Positions 13,321 through 26,394 of a DNA stretch of 64,000 bases are shown piece by piece. Both the position numbers and the translations under genes were made by a program. A model generated the notes under the pieces. That model ran no database searches, was not told where the DNA came from, and saw only the letters and a program-made list of their open reading frames with translations. This DNA is from Alphaproteobacteria bacterium. GTDB lineage: Bacteria > Pseudomonadota > Alphaproteobacteria > MPNO01 > UBA830. Numbering within the stretch: position 1 is the first letter of the stretch; the number at the start of each line of letters is the position of its first letter. Where the stretch lies: NCBI GenBank assembly GCA_964291215.2, contig OZ219791.1:2816001-2880000 (forward strand), given 5' to 3'.

Positions 13321-14488
13321 GGTCAGCGATCGTGGCGGCGAAGCGCTCGAACAGGTAGTGGCTGTCCTGCGGGCCTGGTGAGGCCTCGGGGTGGTACTGG
13401 ACGGCGAAGACCGGCGCTCCCGAAACCCTGAACCCCTCGAGCGAGCCGTCGAAGAGCGAGACATGGGTCGTCTCGAGGCTGGCGGGCAACGAGTCGCCGG
13501 CAACCACGAAGCCATGATTCTGGCTTGTGATCTCGACCCGCCCGGTCTCGAGATCCTTGACCGGGTGGTTGGCGCCACGGTGGCCGAGATGCATCTTCTC
13601 CGTGCGTGCCCCTAGCGCCAGCGCCAGCATCTGGTGGCCAAGGCAGATCCCGAACATCGGAATCCCGAAGGCAAGGAGTTGACGGATCACGGGCACGGCA
13701 TAAATGCCGGTTGCTGCCGGATCGCCGGGGCCGTTCGAAAGGAAAATGCCGTCCGGCCGGTGGCGAAGGATGTCCTCGGCGCTTGCGTCGGCGCGCTCCA
13801 CTGTGATCCGGCAGCCGGCCGAAGCGAGGGCGCGCAGGATGTTGCGCTTCGCGCCGTAGTCGATTGCGACGACATGGTGGCGTGCATCGGCGCGGCTGTC
13901 GTAGCCGGTATGCGGCTGCCACAGCGCCTCGGTCCATTCATGGGCCACGTCGCAGGTAACGTCGCGCGCAAGGTCCATGCCCTCGAGGCCGGGCCACGTC
14001 GCAGCCGCGCTTCTGAGCGCGTTGAGATCGAACCTGCCGTCGGGCGCGTGATGAAGCACACCATTCGGGGCTCCGGTGTCGCGGATGGCCCGCGTCAGGC
14101 GGCGCGTGTCGGCGCCCGCAAGCCCGACCAGACCGTGCGAGTTCAGCCAGTCGTCGAAATGCCGGGTGGCGCGCCAGCTCGATGGCTGCGTGATATCGGC
14201 GCGCAGCACGAGGCCGCGCGCCGCCGGTCCGGCGGTCTCGATGTCGTCGGCATTGGCTCCGACATTGCCGATGTGCGGAAAGGTGAAGGTGACGATCTGG
14301 CCGGCATAGGACGGGTCGGTGAGTATTTCCTGGTACCCGGTGATCGAGGTGTTGAAGCAAATCTCGCCGGTCGCGCTGCCCGCCGCGCCAACGCCCCGGC
14401 CCCAGAGCACGGTGCCGTCGGCGAGCACGAGCGCCGCGGTCGCACCCTCGGGCGGACAAGGCCGGATGTCGGGGGTGATTCGGGTCAT
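13304..14488 (-). CDS. carA: Carbamoyl-phosphate synthase small subunit
   Basis: [49 protein letters not shown]. Confidence 0.97.
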
Positions 14489-14720
14489 TGCCGCCTTTCT
14501 CGCGTTCGGGCGCACCGTGCTGCCTTGCGGCCGCGCCCAGATGTTGTCCGCCCGCATATCGGGCGCACGGCCATGCTTCATAGGTCATCGCCGGATATTC
14601 GTCAATAGCGATCTGTCGGGAAAGATGGGTCAAATCATATGGTTAGACATTTCCGGCAAGCTTGCAACGGTTCCAGAACTGCGCTATGGTGCCGCTCTTT
14701 CCTAGTGCATGGTCGGATTG

Positions 14721-15179
14721 ATGCTGCGGGACCGATTGAACGGAAAACTCAAGTCCGCGATGAAGGAAAAGGATCAGGTGGCAGTGTCGACATTGCGCCT
14801 GATTCTTGCGGCGGTCAAGGACCGCGATATTGCGAAGCGGTCTGAGGGCAGCGACAAGGGCATCGATGACGCCACCATCCTGCAGGTGCTGCAGACGCTG
14901 ATCCGCCAGCGGCGGGAATCGATCGTGCTCTACCGCCAGGGCGGGCGCGAGGAGCTTGCGGATCGTGAGGCCCGCGAGATCGCGGTGATCGAGCAGTTCC
15001 TGCCGCGCCAGCTCGATGATGGCGAGGTGGCGGACGTCATAGAGAGCGCACTCGCCGAGACCGGTGCCGGTTCCGTGAAGGACATGGGCAGGGTGATGGG
15101 TCTGCTGCGCGAGCGTTATGCCGGGCGCATGGATTTCGGCCGGGCGGGGGCTGCGCTGAAGGCGCGGCTTGCCGGCTGA
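14721..15179 (+). CDS. yqeY: GatB/YqeY domain protein
   Basis: LKSAMKEKD...LRLILAAVKDRDI...QRRESI...FLPRQL...KDMGRVMG; divergent from carA and upstream of dnaG. Confidence 0.9.
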   Translation: MLRDRLNGKLKSAMKEKDQVAVSTLRLILAAVKDRDIAKRSEGSDKGIDDATILQVLQTLIRQRRESIVLYRQGGREELADREAREIAVIEQFLPRQLDDGEVADVIESALAETGAGSVKDMGRVMGLLRERYAGRMDFGRAGAALKARLAG

Positions 15180-15196
15180 TCGGGCGGCCCGGGCGC

Positions 15197-17017
15197 ATGG
15201 CATTCCCGCCGCAGTTTCTCGACGAGCTCCGGGCGCGGATCCGCCTGTCCGACCTGATCGGGCGCCGCGTCAAGCTGACGAAGAAGGGCCGCGAGTTCGT
15301 CGGCCTTTGCCCGTTTCACAGCGAGAAGACGCCCTCGTTCACCATCAATGACGACAAGGGATTTTTCCACTGTTTCGGCTGTGGTGCGCATGGCGACGTG
15401 ATCGGCTTCACGATGCAGGGTGCGCATCTGTCGTTTCCCGACGCGGTTGCGCAGCTGGCGGCGGAGGCCGGGCTCGAGGTGCCGGTGGCGACGCCGGAAG
15501 AGCGCGCGCGCGAGCAGCGCCGCGCCGGGCTCCTTGAGGCGATGGAGGCGGCCTGCGGGTTCTACCAGCGGATGCTGCGTTCGGCGGAAGGAGATGCGGC
15601 GCGCGCCTACCTTGCCGGCCGCGGGCTGACCGACGAAACGATCTCGCGGTTCCGCCTCGGTTTCGCCCCCGGCGGCAACCGTCTCGGTGCGGAGCTGACG
15701 AGTGCCGAGATGCCGGAATCGCTGCTCGCCGAAGCCGGCCTCGTGCGCCGGCGGGATGACGGCGGCAGCCACGATTTCTTCCGCAGCCGCGTCATCTTTC
15801 CGATTACCGACCACCGAGGCCGTGTCGTCGCCTTCGGCGGGCGCATCATCGGCGATGGCGAACCGAAATACCTGAACTCGCCGGACACGCCGCTTTTCGA
15901 CAAGCGGCGGACGCTTTATGGCCTTGCGACGGCACGCTCTGCGGCCCACGAGAGGGGCCGCGTCATCGTCACCGAAGGCTACATGGACGTGATCGCGCTC
16001 GCCCAGGCCGGGTTGACGGAGGCCGTGGCGCCGCTGGGCACGGCGCTGACCGAGAGTCATCTCCACATGCTGTGGCGCCTCGCGGCGGAGCCGGTGCTGT
16101 GCTTCGACGGCGACCACGCGGGCGCGCGCGCGGCGGTTCGCGCAGCCGAGCGCGCGCTGCCGCTGCTGGCGCCGGAGCGATCCCTGGCCTTCGTGACGCT
16201 CCCTGCCGGTGAGGATCCCGACAGCCTAGTGCGCGCGCACGGGCCGGCCGTCATCGAACGGTTGGTGGCCGGCGCGCGGACGCTTGCCGAGGTGATCTGG
16301 ACGACGCAGGTCGAAGGCCGCGACCTCGGCACACCGGAACGGCTTGCCGGCCTCGAGCAGAGACTGGACGATCTCGTGTCGTCGATAGCCGACCGCAAGG
16401 TGCAGTTCGGCTACCGTGCGCATTTCCGGAACCGGCTCCGCGACCTCACCGGCTGGCGGCGCCGGGGCGGGGGTGGTGCCGCGCCGGGAACGGGCGCCCC
16501 GTCGGCGCTGCGGCGTGGTTCCGGCAAGGCGGCGCTCGACCGCCGGCGTGAACAGGTGCTGCTGGCGACCATCATCAACCATCCGGCGGTGATCGACGAG
16601 CACGCCGAGATGCTGGCGATGGTGGAGATCGGCGATCCGGCGCGGGCAGGCCTTTTCCGCGATGCCGTGGCCGCCTGCGGGAGCGACCCGGATATTGACT
16701 CCGAGCGGCTTAAGAACCAGATCATTGAGCGTGGAAACGGAGAGGCTCTGGGCGCGCTGCTCGAGGCGGACATCTTTGTCCATGCCGCATTCGCCCGTGT
16801 CGATGCCGAACTGGATGACGCCAGGGCGGGTTTCAGGGAGGTGCTCGCGCATTCCCTGAAGCGGATGCGCGAGGAAGAGGCAAGGCTCGTGCGCGACAAT
16901 TTCGTGAACGATCCGAGCGAGGAAAACTGGCGGAAGATGGAAGCGCTTCAGGCCGAGACCGTAGCGGGACCGGACGGCATCATGTTCCCGGCGGAGCATG
17001 AACGGCAGCGTTACTGA
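15197..17017 (+). CDS. dnaG: DNA primase
   Basis: [11 protein letters not shown]...CFGCG zinc finger, [33 protein letters not shown]. Confidence 0.97.
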   Translation: MAFPPQFLDELRARIRLSDLIGRRVKLTKKGREFVGLCPFHSEKTPSFTINDDKGFFHCFGCGAHGDVIGFTMQGAHLSFPDAVAQLAAEAGLEVPVATPEERAREQRRAGLLEAMEAACGFYQRMLRSAEGDAARAYLAGRGLTDETISRFRLGFAPGGNRLGAELTSAEMPESLLAEAGLVRRRDDGGSHDFFRSRVIFPITDHRGRVVAFGGRIIGDGEPKYLNSPDTPLFDKRRTLYGLATARSAAHERGRVIVTEGYMDVIALAQAGLTEAVAPLGTALTESHLHMLWRLAAEPVLCFDGDHAGARAAVRAAERALPLLAPERSLAFVTLPAGEDPDSLVRAHGPAVIERLVAGARTLAEVIWTTQVEGRDLGTPERLAGLEQRLDDLVSSIADRKVQFGYRAHFRNRLRDLTGWRRRGGGGAAPGTGAPSALRRGSGKAALDRRREQVLLATIINHPAVIDEHAEMLAMVEIGDPARAGLFRDAVAACGSDPDIDSERLKNQIIERGNGEALGALLEADIFVHAAFARVDAELDDARAGFREVLAHSLKRMREEEARLVRDNFVNDPSEENWRKMEALQAETVAGPDGIMFPAEHERQRY

Positions 17018-17072
17018 TGCGGCGTATCACGCCCGCGGCAGAGGCCGGGCTGAATCAGGGAAACGAATAACG

Positions 17073-18968
<1,896 letters not shown>

Positions 18969-19088
18969 ATGCCGTAGGCCGCCCGGAATGCTCCAGGCAA
19001 TCTCACTCCTCCGGGCCCCTCCTGCCAGGCCGCCGGTCGGCGCATCGGTATGCGGCGCCCGGTGCCGCACGATGACAGGAGACAGAAC

Positions 19089-20558
19089 ATGACCGAGAGC
19101 CCGGCGCCGGAAGCATCGGCGCCGCAGAACGAGGGATATCTCGACCTTCGTGAGCTTGTCGCCCGATTCGAGGAGATGGGCGAGCTCGAACGAGTCGAGG
19201 GCGCGGACTGGAATCTGGAGATCGGCGCGCTGTCGGAGACGATCGCGGCCGCGGCCCCGGGGCGTGCGAAGGCATTGCTCTTCGACCGCATTCCGGGCTA
19301 CCCGGAGGGGTTCCGCATCATGTCGGGCGCGGCCAACGCCTTCCGGCGGCTGGCGCTGGTGCTTGGCCTGCCCGAGCCGGAGACCGAGATGGACCTCGTG
19401 CGCGCCTACCGGAGCCGCGCCAGGGCAGGCTTCAAGCCCATTCCGCCGGTCGAGATGGCGACGGGTCCGATTCTCGAGAATGTCGACCGGGACGAAGATG
19501 TCGACGTGCTCAAATTTCCCGCACCGTTCGTTCACGAGCTTGACGGCGGACGCTACATCGGGACCGACGACCTAGTGATCATGCGCGATCCCGATACCGG
19601 CTGGACCAATGTCGGCACCTATCGGGTAATGGTCCACGACCGCAACACGGTTGCGATCTGGATGTCGCCCGGCAAGCACGGGCGCCTTATCAGCGAGAAG
19701 TACTTTGCGAGAAACGAGCCCTGCCCGGTGCTCATATCCTGCGGTCAGGATCCCAACCTCTTCCTCGTAGCCCATCAGGAGGTGGATCACGAGCTTGACG
19801 AACTCGCCTATGCGGGCGGCCAGCGCGGCCGCGCCATCGAGGTCATCCCGAGCGAGTTGCACGGTCTGCCGATACCGGCCTATGCCGAGGTGGTTCTCGA
19901 GGGCGAGATGCTTCCGGGAGAGTTGCGCGAGGAGGGGCCCTTCGGCGAATTCATGGGCTACTACGCGTCGAACGCGTCGGAACTGCCGATCGTGCGCGTG
20001 CGGCGCGTCTACTGGAGGAACTCGCCCATCCTCACCCTGGCAATTCCGTCGCGCCCGCCGGAGAACTTCACGTTCGCGCGCGCAACCGTGAAGTCTGCAA
20101 TGATCTGGGACGAGGTGGAGAAGGCGGGTCTGCCGGGCGTCAAGGGCGTGTGGTGCCACGAATCGGGTGCCGGGCGGCTGTTCAACGTCGTCGCCATCGA
20201 GCAGCTCTATCCCGGTCACGCCTCGCAGGCGGGCATGCTGGCAGCCAGCTGCCATGCCGGCAACTATGCCGGGCGCTGGGTCGTCGTCGTCGACGACGAC
20301 ATCGATCCTTCGAATCTCTTTGACGTGACCTGGGCGATGTCAACGCGCTGCGATCCGCCCGAGGACATCCAGTACATCAAGCGATCATGGTCGACGCCGC
20401 TGGACCCGCTCCTGCGCGAGCCGCCGTGGCAAAATAACCGCGCCGTCGTCGATGCATGCAGGCCCTATGGCTGGAAGGACGAGTTTCCGAAGGTTGCCGA
20501 GGCGAGCCCGGAACTCAAGGCGTCGATCCGCCGCAAATGGCCGCAACTCTATGGGTGA
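19089..20558 (+). CDS. UbiD-family (prFMN-dependent) decarboxylase
   Basis: DGGRYIGT, NVGTYRVMVHD, EGPFGEFMGYY, VVVVDDDIDP, WAMSTRCDP. Confidence 0.92.
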   Translation: MTESPAPEASAPQNEGYLDLRELVARFEEMGELERVEGADWNLEIGALSETIAAAAPGRAKALLFDRIPGYPEGFRIMSGAANAFRRLALVLGLPEPETEMDLVRAYRSRARAGFKPIPPVEMATGPILENVDRDEDVDVLKFPAPFVHELDGGRYIGTDDLVIMRDPDTGWTNVGTYRVMVHDRNTVAIWMSPGKHGRLISEKYFARNEPCPVLISCGQDPNLFLVAHQEVDHELDELAYAGGQRGRAIEVIPSELHGLPIPAYAEVVLEGEMLPGELREEGPFGEFMGYYASNASELPIVRVRRVYWRNSPILTLAIPSRPPENFTFARATVKSAMIWDEVEKAGLPGVKGVWCHESGAGRLFNVVAIEQLYPGHASQAGMLAASCHAGNYAGRWVVVVDDDIDPSNLFDVTWAMSTRCDPPEDIQYIKRSWSTPLDPLLREPPWQNNRAVVDACRPYGWKDEFPKVAEASPELKASIRRKWPQLYG

Positions 20559-20661
20559 GGTGCGCGGCGCGTACAATCCGCTTGAGGCGAGTCGCCTCGG
20601 GGTGAAATTCTCCGGGGTAACTCGACTTGAAACCCGTCGGTGGCGGTGGCAATTTGCCTGC

Positions 20662-20738
20662 GGGCCCGTAGTTCAGTTGGTCAGAACGCTCCGCTCATAA
20701 CGGAGTTGTCGGGGGTTCGAGTCCCTCCGGGCCCACCA
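20662..20738 (+). tRNA. tRNA-Ile2 (anticodon CAT, lysidine-type; could be labelled Met)
   Basis: GGGCCCG acceptor stem, anticodon loop CTCATAA, GTTCGAGTC T-loop, 3' ACCA. Has a G1-C72 pair and lacks the initiator GGG/CCC anticodon stem; position near rpoD is typical of Ile2. Confidence 0.9.
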
Positions 20739-20746
20739 TTCGACGT

Positions 20747-21286
20747 TCAGTCGAACGTGCCGTCGACGAGCACGAATATCATGTAGCAGTCGCTGTCTGT
20801 GCGGTTGCTCCAGGCATGGTTGGTGCCGCGCTGCACGCAACTGTCCCCCGCCTTCATCAGCACTTCGGAATCGTCGAGGACCAGATAGATCTCGCCCGAC
20901 AGGCAGACGGCGTAATCGACCGTTTCTGTCCGGTGCATCAGGGGATGGGGCGCCTCGCCGGCTTCAGCCGCCGCCGCCTCAGCGCCGATCGAGGCGAAGC
21001 TCTGCTTCGCCGCGTTTCGGTCGATGCTGTCGATCCAGTCCTTCTCCGGCGGAAACCTGATGATGCGGAAGACCGAGCCGTTCTGTGGCGGCAGGAGCCC
21101 GATCTGTCGGTCGGTCGTCTCTTCCGGCCCGTGAACCTTGGCCGGCGATTCGTCGAGCACCCAGAGGTTGTTGATCTCGACTCCGGGGCGGTTGGCCGGG
21201 CGGACCACGTTGATGGTCTCGCCGTCTGACACCACGATCGCCTTGCCGTTCTCGTCATGTCCGGTAACGATTCGTCTCACAGCCAT
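20747..21286 (-). CDS. Cupin domain protein
   Basis: RRIVTGHDENGKA, MHRTETVDY, GDSCVQRGTNHAWSN. Confidence 0.9.
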   Translation of the reverse strand: MAVRRIVTGHDENGKAIVVSDGETINVVRPANRPGVEINNLWVLDESPAKVHGPEETTDRQIGLLPPQNGSVFRIIRFPPEKDWIDSIDRNAAKQSFASIGAEAAAAEAGEAPHPLMHRTETVDYAVCLSGEIYLVLDDSEVLMKAGDSCVQRGTNHAWSNRTDSDCYMIFVLVDGTFD

Positions 21287-21328
21287 CGCCGGTATTCCTC
21301 CCTGCAACCCCTCCTCACGCGCCGCCGA

Positions 21329-21480
21329 TCAGCGTTCTGTCGGCATGCCTCGTTCGAGATCGGTCTCGATTCCTTTTATCACCTCTCTGACGCTGCCGCA
21401 AAGCGGCAGGCTGAGCCGGAGCGCGTCGGCTTCCCTCAGGATGGTCGACATGTCCTTCTCGGCCCATGGCATCGGCCAGT
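21329..21480 (-). pseudogene. C-terminal remnant of an NAD(P)-dependent oxidoreductase (3-hydroxyisobutyrate DH-like)
   Basis: PMPWAEKDMSTILREADALRLSLPLCGSVREVIK resembles the C-terminal helices of this family; no N-terminal Rossmann fold upstream. Confidence 0.5.
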
Positions 21481-21574
21481 TGTAGACTTCGATTGGAGCA
21501 GCGCGTCGCGGAGTGGACCGGTCTCGACGCCGAGGCTCTTGGCCAGCCTCATGCTTTCGACGTTGGTTGAGATA

Positions 21575-21680
21575 CAGGCCCAGACCACCGCGATCTACGC
21601 CCATCTTGACGATGGCGCGCTGCAGGATGCCGCCACGCAGGCCGCAGCCGTTATTACGCGCGCCATGGGATACAGGCGCC
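21575..21680 (+). pseudogene. Tyrosine recombinase/integrase C-terminal remnant
   Basis: QTTAIYAHLDDGALQDAATQAAAVITRAMGY contains the TTxxYAHL catalytic-Tyr motif; the rest of the gene is missing. Confidence 0.55.
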
Positions 21681-21832
21681 TCCAATGCCGGACGGGGCGG
21701 AACACGGCGATGCATCGACCGACATACCTGCGCCGTCTAGGCCTGGTGCGTCGGCCTCACCGGAGGGAGAGCGATCCTCTCTCCGGGGCAGAGCCTTTCA
21801 ACGAACCATGATCGAGTCTTCGTTCATGAGGC

Positions 21833-23345
21833 GTAACTGCTCACCCCCTGGTTCCGGCTTGATGTCGGGGTAGAGCAACGAACGGGGTTCCGTGGAGATT
21901 TGACACTGCATGCCGATTCGCTTAGTGGTGGTCATCGAGAACGACGGGGACCGCCAGTGGGCTACTTTGGATCGAAGGCGACGAGCGGGCTGTGCCAGCT
22001 GCTTCCGGGGCTCCAGCCTCCGCATGATCTGTATGTGGAAACGCATTTCGGAGGCGGCGCGCTGATGAAGCGCAAGGCCGGGTGATGGCGACGGTCAACG
22101 CGGCGCGCGAGGAGTTCGAAGCGGCCAAGACCGCGGCGCTGCCGGCAAGGTGGCGGAAGAGGCCGTCATCCGCGTCCTTGTCATCCTGCTCGACATCATC
22201 ATCGTCGTCCTTCTGGAGAAGACCACGCACGAGCCGGAACTCCGGTCTGCCGCCGTCACAGACGGACAAGAGCGTGCCGGAAGCAACGGCCCGAAGCCGA
22301 ACCGGCAGATGGGCGACAACCTGCGCAAGATCATCGTCGAGGAGACGGTCGCGGCCTGCGACGCCTGCGGCGCTGACGGCCCCGTCGATCGGGAGCGCCG
22401 CACGACATCGTGTTCGAGGTCGTCGAGCGCCGCGCCGAGATCAAGGAATGCCCGAAGTGCAAGGCCCGGGGCCGGTTCCCCGACAACATCCCGTGCAGTA
22501 CGGCATCGGCATTCAGGCCCTCGTCATCAACCTGCTGGTCGCCCAGATGCTGTCCCTGCGCCGTGCCGTCGCGTTCGTGCAGGCGATCTCCGGCATCAAG
22601 CTCTCCGAGGCCTCGGCTATGCTTTCACGATGCGTCATGGGAGGAGGCCGCCGTGGCGCACCTCCTGCAACGCCCGATGTCGACGAGACCGGATTTCGGA
22701 TCAACAGCAAGTGGCTCCATGTCGTCGGGACCCTGACGTGCAAGTTCCCGCACCGCAAGCGCGGGCAAGAGATCGGCATCATCCCGTGCTACAAGGGCGT
22801 CCTGGACCTCGTACATGGGCCAGTGTAGCCACCAGCTGTGCGGCAGCCACCTGCTGCGCGAACTGACCTTTGTCGTCGAGGCTACCGCGCGACTGATGAA
22901 GAGCCTGCTCCGCGAGGTCTGCCACAAGGTCAACAAGATCGCATCCAAAACCCTGAACGACGACGTGCGCAAGCGCTACCGCACCATCAGGGCGCCAGGG
23001 AACTGCCCGACATCCCGCCGAAAGGAAAACGTGGACGCAAGTCCGACGCGCACAACCTGCACGAACGTCTCGTGAAACACGCAAACCTGCGCTTCACAGA
23101 CGACCCCAACGTCAGCTTCACCAACAATGCCGGAGAACAGAAGATCAGGATGGCAAAGGTCAAGGTGTCCGGGTGCTTCCGCTCCACGCAAAAGCATGGT
23201 GCCGGGGCTCGAGCTACCTCACCTCCATGGCCGCACTCGGCTACAACCCACTCGTCGCCACCCAGATCGCCCTCGACGGAAAAGCCGCAGACATCATCAA
23301 CGAGCACTATGGCCAATCAGAACCCAACTAGGGGTGAGTAGATAC
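21833..23345 (+). mobile_element. Decayed IS66-family element (copy A) with methyltransferase remnant and frameshifted transposase
   Basis: TIRs GTAACTGCTCACCCC / GGGGTGAGTAGATAC; perfect 8-bp TSD CATGAGGC (21825-21832, 23346-23353). Fragments: CPKC, VDETGFRI, HQLCGSHLLREL, FTNNAGEQKIRMAKVK-VSGCFRS. Confidence 0.92.
21957..22085 (+). pseudogene. Internally deleted Dam/D12-class DNA adenine methyltransferase inside IS66 copy A
   Basis: (M)GYFGSKATSGLCQ...PPHDLYVETHFGGGALMKRK parallels the YxGGK...YVEPFxGGG N-terminal motifs; a perfect TTGACA lies upstream at 21900-21905. Confidence 0.6.
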
Positions 23346-24061
23346 CATGAGGCCTTATATAGTAGCCCATGAGAATTGGCTTTCGACATCTGTCCACGAC
23401 GACGGTTGATTGGCTGAAGGTGGCGCCGGTTGCCGAGAGCGGCACGCCCTGGCGCAGGGATTGTGCGAACGCGAGGCGCAACGCGAAGGGCGAGCTGTGG
23501 CTTGCCGCGTGCGGCCCTGCCTGGTCTTGCCTCGGCGCTCGGCATCGTCCTTCCTGCACCAAGGCCTCGACATTGGCACCCTTGAGCGGGACTATCCCGA
23601 CAAGCCACTCGCATGTTCTCCGGAGGAGCTTGGCGAGGTCACCGTAGAGCCGGTCGGCGACGACGAGGACAAGCGCCTGGCGATGATGACGACCTGGCAT
23701 CCCGAGGCGCGCGCACCCGGATGAGCTACCGGATCACCTCGTCGTGCTACGGCCGCCTCGGCGGCCTGGTGTTCCGTGCGGCCAATTGGCATCAGAAGGC
23801 GCGCGACGACTTCTGGTCCCGGGGAGCGCGTGACGTTCACCTCGGCAAGGTCGTCAACAACGCCCGCTTGCTGATACTTCCGTCGGTGAATGTTCCGGAG
23901 CTGGCCTCCCATGTCCTGGCCTGCCGGCGGCTTGCTGCGGACTGAGAAGTGACGCCGGTTCCGGCCTACGCCTATGTGAGCCCCGAAGACACCGGCACGA
24001 GCTACAGGGCGGCAGGCCGGGAGCGTTGTGAGAAGATGACCTCGGGCCGACCTCCCGGGGC

Positions 24062-26002
24062 CTTTCAACTGAGCACTGTAAACTCGAAGCAACTGACGCC
24101 GTATACACAGTTCCATGAGAATCGGCCTGCGACATTATGGCGGCGAGACGGTTGACTGGCTGAAGGCACGGCTTGGTGCCGGGGATTGCACGCGGACCTT
24201 CCTGGCACGTGAGCTCTGCGAGCGTGAGGACTGGCGGAACGCGAAGGGAGAACTGTGCCTCGACCCGGGCCGCGCTTCCAAAGTTCTCCGCCGCACTCGG
24301 TCTGCCTCTGCCGGAGGCTCGGTAACCCCGGAGTCCCTGGCCCCGTCGCCGGATTATCCCGACAGGCACCTGTCGTGCCGTCTTGGCGAGACCGGCGTGG
24401 TTCCGGTTGCCGACGAGGACAAGTCGCTGGCGTGGTCGATGATGGCATCGCATCATCCCGAGGCGGCCTGTCCCGGGCATCCGCTACTGGATTCTCTCGT
24501 CCCTGCACGGCGTCCTCGGCGGCCTGGTGCTGCGTCTTGGCATCACAAGGCGCGGGACCTCCACATCGGCTGGCGGCGCGGGACGCCAACATCGGGCGGG
24601 TTGTCAACAATGACAGGTTTCTTCCCGGCGTCCACGGGCTTGCGTCCGTGGCGCTGTTCCATGGTCGCGTGACCGGGAGGAGCGCTACGGTGTTCGCCTG
24701 GCGTACAGCTACGTGGGTGCGGAGCCTACCGTGCTGCGGCGTGCTGCAAGGGGTTGCGGGTGTACGTGAAGCCGCTGTCGGCGGACTGGTCTCTCGGGCG
24801 GGCCGGGTGATCGGTTCAGGCCCGCGTCGAGGGAGGATGGCGGAGTACGGACGGAGCGCGCACAGCGACGCGCGCTTTGTCACGATGGGCGAGGCCTGGT
24901 GCGGTCGTCCGGGTGTGCCGGTGATCTTTCCCGGCGAGGCGGAGCAGCTTGCAGGTTCCTGTCGAACCCGAGGATCGGCATGCAAGACATCTTTGAGCCG
25001 CGTCAGGAGGCGATGCGTTGCCGCAGCCAGTCTGTTGCGGTTCAGGGATGCTGAACTACAGCGAGGCAACGCAGGGCCTTGTCGACATCGGCGGCTCTGG
25101 AAGCAAGGGGCTCATGTCGGCGTTGCGTTCAGCGGTTGCGCACTGGGGGTATTCAGCCTTGATTCCGCGCGGAGGACAAGGCAACGGCGGGCGAGGAAAG
25201 CGGACGGACGCCTTCGCCAAGTCCGCCGAGGCGGCCTGCCCGCGAACCCGCCCGTCTGCGACCGTGAGGGCGACATGTGGTCTCTCCTGTCCGGAGGCCT
25301 GCGCCGTCGCGCCCGGCGGCTCCTGGTCCGCGCCAGCCGTTCAGGCGGGCCATCACGGCGGACGGCAAGGCCAGGGACCTGTTCGCGGCCGAATTGGACA
25401 TCGTCGCGGAGAAGACGGTCGACATCGCCGCCTGTGGCGGCCCCCGGACGCGCAAGGGGCGCAACAAGCTGCGGGCCGATCTCGTCCCGCCCTGGACACG
25501 GCCCCACTCACCATGCTCGCGGTGCGCGTCCTGGAGAAGACGCCGCCGACAGGACCGGCTGGTTGCTCCTGACCACCGAAGGTGAGCCCACGCAGGAGAA
25601 CGCGATCCGTGCCTGGAAACGCTGGCTGAGAGTGGTTCGCGGCCGTCAAGACCGGAACGCGGATCAAGGGGCTCAACGCCGCCGACGACCTGAGGAAGTG
25701 CCTCGTCTGCCATTACCGCATGCACCGTCATCCTCGCGCGGAGGCCGGCGCGCACGATCGTCCACGAGATCCATGTCCTCGCCGTCCACATACCGAACCA
25801 CCGCAGGCAACGCGGCCCACCCGACCCGGATCAGGCGATCGCGGAGTTCGCCGTCAACACCGCGCGCCTCGCCGGATTCATCCCGTCGAAGCGCCAGCCC
25901 ATGCCGGGTACTCACAAATTCTGGGAAGGATACCTGATCCTGTTCATTGAAAACTACCGGCGCGACTACGCCAACATCGATTCGACAGTGTACCATTGAA
26001 AG
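24062..26002 (+). mobile_element. Decayed IS4-family (IS50/Tn5-like) element with N-terminal DUF4338 domain
   Basis: Ends CTTTCAACTGAGCACTGT / ACAGTGTACCATTGAAAG. DUF4338 fragments (ARDLHIGW, VVNNDRFL) are followed by Tn5-type fragments (EYGRSAHSDAR, VCDREGD, LLVRASRS, WLLLTTEG, KTGTRIK, LAGFIPSKRQPMPG). No TSD found. Confidence 0.8.
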
Positions 26003-26394
26003 GCCGCCGCCGATCGCAACCGAATCCGTGCGGCTAAAGCCGCGGTAACGGCTGCGCCGTGAACCTCTGCGCTCGCGGCACAAGTGAACGCAGACCGCAT
26101 CGCCAGCAATACCGGCGCTGTCTTTGTCCATCGGTGCGATGCGGGAACATGTGAAACGCAATCTCCAGGCGCATGGACCATGTGAGACGGAACGTCTGTG
26201 CTGCGGGAACAACTCCGTCTCTGTCCGGCGTCCGGTGCGCCCTGTGTGACGGACGGCGCAACGCCTTTCCGCTGCGCGGCCCGTTCTGTTATCGTGGCTC
26301 ACGAACGACAACGCGGAACGCGCTCGAAGATCGCGGACCGGTCGTCTCGCTCAATTGCCGCGACGGCTCCATCTCCTTGTGACGCCGGCGTTTC

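Larger units (their letters stand above)
21795..24061 (+). mobile_element. Decayed, truncated DUF4338(DruA-like)-IS4 element, interrupted near its left end by IS66
   Basis: Left end CTTTCAACGAACCATG at 21795. Removing 21833-23345 plus one TSD restores the sequence seen inverted at 48600-48710. Fragments: MRIGFRHLS, NAKGELWLAA, WHQKARDD, VVNNARLLILPSV, LASHVLA, GTSYRAAG. Confidence 0.7.

Noticed and set aside
26003-26394. Short ORFs between the IS4 and ISAzo13 elements
   Set aside because: No recognisable motif, repeat or structure.
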